From Truepera sp. (lineage in GTDB: Bacteria; Deinococcota; Deinococci; Deinococcales; Trueperaceae): DNA of 64,000 bases. Shown piece by piece: positions 61,761 to 64,000 of the stretch. The notes under the pieces were generated by a model, which saw nothing but the letters and a program-made list of their open reading frames with translations, had not been told where the DNA came from and searched no databases. Within the stretch, counting starts at the first letter, position 1. Every line of letters starts with the position of its first letter. The stretch is taken from the NCBI GenBank assembly GCA_965218435.1, contig CBDCKW010000005.1, positions 416,001 to 480,000 of the forward strand, read 5' to 3'. The translations under genes were made by a program, and so were the position numbers.

Positions 61761-64000
61761 TTGAAGACCGTGCAGTATTTTAGGAATGAGAAGCCTTATC
61801 AGTGGCCCCGCTACTGGTATCCGCGCGAAACAGCGATAGATATCAAGGAAGGCTTTCTCTATCTTCCAGAGGGCCGGTATGCCGCTTATCAGACGTCCGC
61901 TGCCAAAAGCCTAACAGCGCTCCATAAGCATAATTGCCTTATCTTGCTTGGTGAACCTGGTATAGGTAAAACCTACACCTTAAAGAACTACCCTATTGCT
62001 GAAGGTGCGCAACTTCTTCACGTTGACCTTGGCGAATTAAGCACAAAAGAGGAAGTGTCGCAACAAATCTTTCAGGATCATCGCTTCCGATCTTGGAGTG
62101 AGGGGCGTCATGATCTCCACCTCCTACTCGATAGCTTTGACGAGTGCCATCTGTCTTTGGGAACGCTGGGACATGTACTTGTTAACGAGTTCCGAAAGGC
62201 TCTTGGTTTTGCTAACGTTTCGGAGGCTGAGTACCGAGCATTCAAAAAGGCTCATCCTGAGCCCTACGCTGACCTCGAGCCGTTCACTCAAATGGTAGAT
62301 CAAGCGAGATGGCGTATCGACTTGGAAGCGTTACAGAAAGATGAATCGGTATCGTCTGAGGTACATACTTGGTTGTACGACAAAATGCCGTTATCCCGCC
62401 TTCACCTTCGAATTGCCTGTCGCACCGCCGACTTCCCACCGACATTCTATGAGCGCCTCAAAGAACTCTTTGGTTCTGTGGAGATCTTTGTTTTAGCACC
62501 CTTGCGCCGTAACGATGTATATATCGCGGCGGAGCAGCATAACATCGACGCTGAGGCGTTCCTAGACGAGGTCCAGCGCAGCGGGTTTGGCCCGCTGGCG
62601 TCTGTACCGGTCACACTAAACCTGCTTCTAAGCGAATTCAGGACGTCGGGAACACTCGAGGTGCAAGGTGAACATCCCTTCGTCAGCGGTGGTAGGCGGT
62701 TATGTCAAGAGTTGAATCAAAGTCGCCTAGACACCTACCGTAGCAGCTTGGTTAGCCCAGAACGGTGCTTCATGGTTGCAGCTCGAATCGCGGCTTTACT
62801 GACCTTCTCCAATAAAGATACTGTCTTTACCGGAGATGTCATAGAAGCTATGGAGGACGAACTGCTGCTACAAGATATCTGCGGTCACTCTGAACAGGCT
62901 CATCAAGAGTCCTTCACCGTTGACGAGGCCATCGCTAAAGAAACTCTACGCCGCGGTCTTTTTGCTGACCGTGGTAGATCTCGTCGTGGGTTTCTTCACC
63001 GGCAGTTTCGCGAGTATTTAGCCGCTTGGTACTTAAGCGAGCGGCAGCTCCCCGTTAAACAGATGCTAAACCTTCTTGAACATCCGGTAGATGGTGAGAT
63101 CGTACCACAGCTTGCGGAAACAGCTGCTGCTTTAGCGTCGCTTGTCCCAGGCGTATATTCCCATTTTCTGGCGAAAGACCCGACAATTCTCGTCCGGGGC
63201 AACCTATCTAATCTTGAGGAGCAAGAACGAGCCAGTTTAGTTGAGGCTCTCATACGAAAATTTGAAAGTAGTGGCCCTCCCACTGCCGACGATTCGCTGT
63301 ACGGACAACTCTGGAAGGTACGTCATAAGGATTTGGCAACGCAGCTTGTGCAGCTCCTTGACCCACTACAATATCGAGATAAAGACTACAAACGCTTCGC
63401 CCTACGTTTTGCCTGGTACGTTAAGCTTGAGGAGCTCTCAGAGCGAACGGCGACTATTGCGCTAGACCCGCATGAAGCTGAGGACGTTAGATATCTCGCG
63501 GCTATGGCAGCAGCTCAGCTCGGTAGCGCCCAAATCCGACGTTCGTTGCAGACGCTACTCGAGGAGAATGATCCACTTGATGAGTTCAAGGGCATCGTCC
63601 TGAAGGCGCTGTGGCCGGAGCATCTTAGTGCAGCACAGTTGTTCACGCACCTCACACCACCTAAACGCTCAAGCTTACTCGGAAGCTACAAAATATTCCT
63701 CGGAAATTTTTCGACGGATCCTAGTGAACCTGCCGGTTTTGTGGAGTTCCTCAAGCCAGAGGATCTTCCCACTGCGCTTGACTGGTTGGCAGAGAACGAA
63801 AGAACAAACTACACAGATGACGATTTTCGTGAAGCGGGTGACGGCATCATGCTTAAAGCGTGGCGAGCATTTGACCGCTCGGAGATTGCCGAGCGATTCG
63901 CTCGCCACGCTTTGCGGCGTCTTAATGGACATCTACGGATCGTAGGCAATGCGCAAAACAATTTCGAGAACGCCTTCACCGAAAATTTACGTCTTGAACC
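61761..64000 (+). CDS. Second NACHT/STAND NTPase, runs off the window (not in ORF track)
   Basis: LILLGEPGIGKT, LLLDSFDE, RIACR, PVTLNLL, FLHRQFREYLAA; start at 61722, 61761 or 61770. Confidence 0.85.
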   Translation, partial: MKTVQYFRNEKPYQWPRYWYPRETAIDIKEGFLYLPEGRYAAYQTSAAKSLTALHKHNCLILLGEPGIGKTYTLKNYPIAEGAQLLHVDLGELSTKEEVSQQIFQDHRFRSWSEGRHDLHLLLDSFDECHLSLGTLGHVLVNEFRKALGFANVSEAEYRAFKKAHPEPYADLEPFTQMVDQARWRIDLEALQKDESVSSEVHTWLYDKMPLSRLHLRIACRTADFPPTFYERLKELFGSVEIFVLAPLRRNDVYIAAEQHNIDAEAFLDEVQRSGFGPLASVPVTLNLLLSEFRTSGTLEVQGEHPFVSGGRRLCQELNQSRLDTYRSSLVSPERCFMVAARIAALLTFSNKDTVFTGDVIEAMEDELLLQDICGHSEQAHQESFTVDEAIAKETLRRGLFADRGRSRRGFLHRQFREYLAAWYLSERQLPVKQMLNLLEHPVDGEIVPQLAETAAALASLVPGVYSHFLAKDPTILVRGNLSNLEEQERASLVEALIRKFESSGPPTADDSLYGQLWKVRHKDLATQLVQLLDPLQYRDKDYKRFALRFAWYVKLEELSERTATIALDPHEAEDVRYLAAMAAAQLGSAQIRRSLQTLLEENDPLDEFKGIVLKALWPEHLSAAQLFTHLTPPKRSSLLGSYKIFLGNFSTDPSEPAGFVEFLKPEDLPTALDWLAENERTNYTDDDFREAGDGIMLKAWRAFDRSEIAERFARHALRRLNGHLRIVGNAQNNFENAFTENLRLE

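Overview
Accessory, heavily scrambled 64-kb region from a high-GC bacterium, most likely Deinococcota (inferred from a Deinococcus-type peptide deformylase). 1-34 kb is a mosaic of IS remnants (IS3, IS5, IS630, IS982), gene fragments and redox/detox genes. It includes an alkylation-repair cluster (two AlkA, AlkB, DUF5131) and one integron-like cassette. 34.1-45.2 kb is an array of compact resistance/detox modules separated by a recurring palindromic site, TGAAACA-N3-[7-bp core, mostly TAGCGAA or its reverse complement]-N3-TGTTTCA. Two IS1182-family copies and two MITEs have inserted into these sites. This is the best candidate for an undescribed cassette system. 45.2-48.4 kb is a tightly coupled five-gene operon (nucleotidyltransferase-like, XRE, ImmA/IrrE peptidase, BpsA-like SAM transferase, EVE), a candidate defence or modification system. 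53-64 kb holds two vapBC pairs and two tandem STAND/NACHT NTPases, the second missing from the ORF track. I saw no rRNA, tRNA or CRISPR array. All family calls come from motif recognition by eye, not database searches.
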